Origin: Candidatus Thorarchaeota archaeon
GTDB lineage: Archaea; Asgardarchaeota; Thorarchaeia; Thorarchaeales; Thorarchaeaceae
Length of the DNA: 21,386 nt
Direction: 5' to 3'
NCBI GenBank assembly: GCA_046758445.1
Contig: JBHIAE010000050.1
Span: 1-21,386, forward strand
Both the position numbers and the translations under genes were made by a program. Below are positions 18,526 through 21,386 of this stretch, piece by piece. Within the stretch, counting starts at the first letter, position 1; each line of letters begins with the position of its first letter. The notes beneath the pieces are model-generated. The model did not search any database, had not been told where the DNA came from, and was given only the letters and a program-made list of their open reading frames with translations.

Positions 18526-18783
18526 TCACTCTTTCACCCTCTTCAATCTGACCTTGCCTCCCTTGCTTTCAATAATGCCTTCGCCCACAAGCCCACGAAT
18601 CGCGGCAATAGCAAGACTTCGTTTTTGGTCCACTAATCCTCCTTCATCGACGAGTAACTCACGGACTATATCTTCCCGAAACCGCCACCCGCCGCCATCC
18701 AAAATCCTGAGAATCTCCTTCTTGGTGTTTTCTTTCCAGGTGACTCTCTCTTCGAATGTCAGTTTCCGTTTCCGTCCTTTCAT
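18526..18783 (-). CDS. Small basic hypothetical protein, possible winged-helix
   Basis: 85 aa. EILRIL...IVREL...AIRGLVGEGIIESKGGKVRL is a wHTH-like pattern. Confidence 0.55.
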   Translation of the reverse strand: MKGRKRKLTFEERVTWKENTKKEILRILDGGGWRFREDIVRELLVDEGGLVDQKRSLAIAAIRGLVGEGIIESKGGKVRLKRVKE

Positions 18784-18838
18784 TCTCTTTCCAGCACACT
18801 CGCTTTCGTATGAGCTCAGAACGGTTAATATGGGCTGC

Positions 18839-18906
18839 CATCTTCTCCTGCCTGTAAGGCAGATAGTCTATTACAGCTGTCTTATGTGCCTGCGTGCCAT
18901 TACAAT
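18839..18906 (-). repeat. Cassette-boundary element with replaced core (IVMAR...DYLPYRQEK-M)
   Basis: 18906->18892 = ATT GTA ATG GCA CGC. 18868->18839 = GAC TAT CTG CCT TAC AGG CAG GAG AAG ATG. The central 15 nt are replaced by 23 unrelated nt. Confidence 0.85.
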
Positions 18907-18931
18907 ACTATCCTATATTGGAGTAGGTCTA

Positions 18932-19255
18932 ATGGATTTTCCCGACGATTTGAGGTTTGCAGAGGAGTCTTTGAAACAGGCGGAGAAGGAATTCCTGGCT
19001 GGAAATGATGGAATCGCTGAAGCACTTCTAGTAAGACTGTCTACGGGAACTTTCTCTTCTGATGCCAAAACAGCACGAGAACGGATGGAGAATCTGGACG
19101 AGTTTCGTTATGTAAAATGGCATCGATGGGAGAAGAAATATGAATTCTCAGCGTCATCTGGAAGGACGAGGGATATCCTAGCATTGATACCACCACACTT
19201 CAGGCTAGTAGTCCCTACTGGTACTCAAAAAGAACAGGAATTACAACATTCGTAA
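18932..19255 (+). CDS. Hypothetical protein (true start probably ATG 18932 within ORF 18377-19255)
   Basis: GGAGTAGGT precedes the ATG. The downstream part is protein-like, while the upstream extension overlaps other features. Confidence 0.55.
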   Translation: MDFPDDLRFAEESLKQAEKEFLAGNDGIAEALLVRLSTGTFSSDAKTARERMENLDEFRYVKWHRWEKKYEFSASSGRTRDILALIPPHFRLVVPTGTQKEQELQHS

Positions 19256-19804
19256 AGGATCTAATGATTCATCGAAGTCTATTGGCACCTACTGTTGATG
19301 GCGAGCAAAAAGGATCTCCGACCTCTATAGGCAAACCATCAAACAGATGGTTGCTTGATTTTGTTGTTCTTTCCAGTCTGCGTCTCTCTTTCAAGAATCA
19401 TTGGGAGAAATTGGTACGAGATATCGTGATGAAGCGGCCCCAGACCAGCTTATACTTGTAGCTGAACGACTAGGTCTGACAATCCCGGAAACTCTTGATA
19501 TCGCCCGTAAGATCAGGGACATAGATGGCCGGGTGGTTGAGCGTGACGTGAGCGATTCCAAGAAGAATCTGACGTATTTGTGTAGAAAACCTGATTCCAG
19601 TCTGACCCCTCTAGTAGACATAAACGAGTGAAGCGAATCAACTTACAGAATCAAGTTTAGGGTGCCTATCTAAGAGTCCAGATTCCGTTCCTCAACATCA
19701 TCTCACACCCTACATCCACTGAGATTTGAGATAGTTTCGTCTGTTTGTTGAATTCATAGTTGAGACATGTTGAAAGGCAGTGGCCAGTTTGACTAGGTGT
19801 TAAG

Positions 19805-20020
19805 ATGGTCGTTACATCAAGTGAGAAAACAAGAAACGTTGGTGATGGCTTGGCCAAAAACAAGTTCTCCAGAGACCTGGATAGACTATTGAATAAGCTT
19901 CAACCAACATCAGACGCAGAAACTGCGGATCAACTTACAAGAATCCGTTATCGCTTGGTTGATTTGAACCGAAAGCGACTTGTCAAGATCAACCACAGTG
20001 TGATGCAGGTGCTCTGTGCA
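19805..20020 (+). pseudogene. 3'-truncated fragment of a hypothetical archaeal protein
   Basis: KFSRDLDRLLNKL...RLVKINHSVMQVLCA, after which it runs into the antisense of the AsnC fragment. Confidence 0.5.
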
Positions 20021-20176
20021 GAATTCAATGACCCCTGAATCTAACAGCTTCTGAACCCGTTTCTTAATCGCATTCATCGAAACATTATACTTCTTAGCTA
20101 CTGCTTGGTAAGACTGTCTACAATTCTGAAGTAGATCCATTATAATCATCTTATCAAGCTGGTCCAAATGACTCAC
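20021..20176 (-). pseudogene. N-terminal AsnC/Lrp HTH fragment, 3'-truncated
   Basis: LDQLDKMIIMDLLQNCRQSYQAVAKKYNVSMNAIKKRVQKLLDSGVIEF. Beyond about 20020 the ORF is the antisense of 19805+. Confidence 0.7.
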
Positions 20177-20243
20177 CGGTTCTGTTAGTGAATAGATGCG
20201 GGGTGCTATGTTGTATAGTTATGCAATTGAATGTATTCCAAGA

Positions 20244-20621
20244 CTAAAACATCCCATTCTCGTTCGGCGAGTCTTCCAGAATGGCTTGATTGATGTCCCA
20301 CATCTCTACGATGCGTGAGTCTACAAATCTGGAAATATGCATGAGTGCAAATCCAGGATGGTCTGGATTTTGTTTGACATGTGAATATGTTGTGACAAGG
20401 TCCCCATCTTCCAGAAACATCTTTACCTCTACCTGCTTTTCAGGATTCGCTCTGGCATCCTCCTCTATAGCCAATATCAATGACTCACGGTCACCTTTGA
20501 AATGCTGGTTGTGATGTATCAAATCTCTACTCGTGTGCTCATCAAACCATCTTCGAAACTCTCTAGATTCTACAAGATCGAAGAATGACAACGCAATCTC
20601 ACGGTTTGAGCCTTTGTTCAT
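20244..20621 (-). CDS. SnoaL-like / NTF2-family (ester cyclase-like) protein
   Basis: HHNQHFKGDRESL, LEDGDLVTTYSHV and RFVDSRIVEMWD. GAGGAG lies upstream of the ATG at 20621. Confidence 0.85.
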   Translation of the reverse strand: MNKGSNREIALSFFDLVESREFRRWFDEHTSRDLIHHNQHFKGDRESLILAIEEDARANPEKQVEVKMFLEDGDLVTTYSHVKQNPDHPGFALMHISRFVDSRIVEMWDINQAILEDSPNENGMF

Positions 20622-20685
20622 TTGAACTCCTCTTCCTGTGCTGCGTAGAGAAAACACTACTTACTCAAAAGGATTGGGAAATAAA

Positions 20686-20800
20686 GGAGGAGGAAAGGGG
20701 TGCAATATGCACACTCATTCCTACTGGTTGACTACATCTGTTTCTCTTTCCTGTATGGCAGATACTCGGGTCCGAAGATTTCTCGCGCTATGACAATCAA
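20686..20800 (-). repeat. Cassette-boundary element (LIVIAREIFGPEYLPYRKEKQM*) plus hairpin
   Basis: 20800->20732 is a 23-codon uninterrupted copy ending in TAG. Stem GTGCA/TGCAC around 20700-20712, with a minus-strand pyrimidine tail. Confidence 0.92.
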
Positions 20801-20803
20801 GTT

Positions 20804-21040
20804 CTAGGTTTTTCTGTACTTTTCTTTGCTTGTCCTATAAGCTGTGATTATGATGAAGTTTCCATCTCGTTCCACGAAGAAAACTCTCAAAATCTTCCCA
20901 TTACTATCCATCTGGGCAATCGAATGTCCAAGACTATCTGTCATCCTTTCTTTTGATGTCGACAATAGTTGAATGACTTCATCTCTCGTGATAGCACGTT
21001 GCTTCATTCTCTCCAACGCGTGCTTTGTGAAGATTATCAA
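20804..21040 (-). CDS. DUF4258 family protein (putative RelE/BrnT-like toxin)
   Basis: IIFTKHALERMKQRAI and LRVFF...IIITAY. The start overlaps the DUF2283 stop. Confidence 0.88.
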   Translation of the reverse strand: MIIFTKHALERMKQRAITRDEVIQLLSTSKERMTDSLGHSIAQMDSNGKILRVFFVERDGNFIIITAYRTSKEKYRKT

Positions 21041-21267
21041 ACTGTGGCGACCTCTGCAACCAGTTCCTCATCACGAAGCTTCACCAAGCGATTTAGATCA
21101 AGGTTCTTCTTTGAAAATGCAAGTACTTCGATGCCGCAGATCTCCCCCTTGGAATCATAGTCGATGACCACTCCCTCTCCAATCTCGACACTCTCTGCAA
21201 CATCTTCTCCTTTAAATCTGAAATACACGGAATCTGCAACTTTGTCATATTCCACTTGCATTGCCAT
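21037..21267 (-). CDS. DUF2283 family protein (putative antitoxin)
   Basis: YDKVADSVYFRF...VVIDYDSKGEICGIEVL. Confidence 0.9.
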   Translation of the reverse strand: MAMQVEYDKVADSVYFRFKGEDVAESVEIGEGVVIDYDSKGEICGIEVLAFSKKNLDLNRLVKLRDEELVAEVATV

Positions 21268-21330
21268 TCACCATTCATTATCCATCATCAGATTTATTCC
21301 TGTTTGCTAATCTGCTTTGCTATTGAAAAA

Positions 21331-21386
21331 CTACATATCTTTCTCTTATTGCTAGCGTGGATATGAAACCACATCTGCTTCTCTTG
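21331..21386 (-). repeat. Two adjacent partial boundary elements; the second runs off the window edge
   Basis: 21331-21345 reads EKDM* on minus. 21371-21386 ACATCTGCTTCTCTTG is 16/16 identical to 11498-11513 (QEKQM, followed by TGG rather than a stop). Confidence 0.8.

Noticed and set aside
18377-18931. N-terminal extension of the 292-aa ORF
   Set aside because: It is antisense to 18526-18783 and spans a boundary repeat, and its composition is not protein-like. A better start with an SD-like motif is at 18932.
19264-19631. Short overlapping ORFs (19264-19461, 19401-19631, 19391-19621)
   Set aside because: Possibly a decayed continuation of 18932+, but no family is recognisable and the coding frame is uncertain.
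19708-19740. CTACATC...AGATAGT resembling repeat ends
   Set aside because: The spacing is wrong and there is no internal similarity, so it could be chance.
5742-21386. CRISPR array or classical integron attC interpretation of the repeats
   Set aside because: Spacing is 0.6-4.7 kb and irregular, and the copies are divergent and codon-structured. No cas or intI gene and no attC-type GTT/AAC ends were seen.

Overview
This looks like an archaeal accessory region, most consistent with Asgard/Thorarchaeota-type DNA. That is inferred from Thr/Pro-linker + TM + RRRS anchored surface proteins, AsnC wHTHs, VapBC and DUF2283/DUF4258 modules, and a TATA promoter. The left ~5.4 kb holds a subtilase 3' end, a sulfite-oxidase-family molybdoenzyme, a GAF-PAS-PAS histidine kinase and a decayed beta-propeller gene. 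From ~5.5 kb to the right edge is a patchwork of small cargo genes: TA pairs, GNAT, VOC, ICMT/PEMT-like methyltransferase, SnoaL-like, ChrB+MFS, an LVIVD/FN3 surface protein and several gene fragments. The main unexplained structure is a ~60-70 bp element that recurs between these cargo blocks, always in the same orientation (6 clear copies, 3 partial, several degenerate). On the minus strand it translates as the same protein C-terminus, (L)IVMAREIFGP(D/E)YLPYRQEKQM-stop, with mostly synonymous or conservative differences between copies. It is usually followed by a hairpin plus pyrimidine-rich tail. I read this as an integron-like cassette array whose attachment sites are displaced 3' ends of one host gene (possibly an acyl-CoA dehydrogenase) predicted to lie right of the window. 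No integrase, rRNA, tRNA or CRISPR was recognised.
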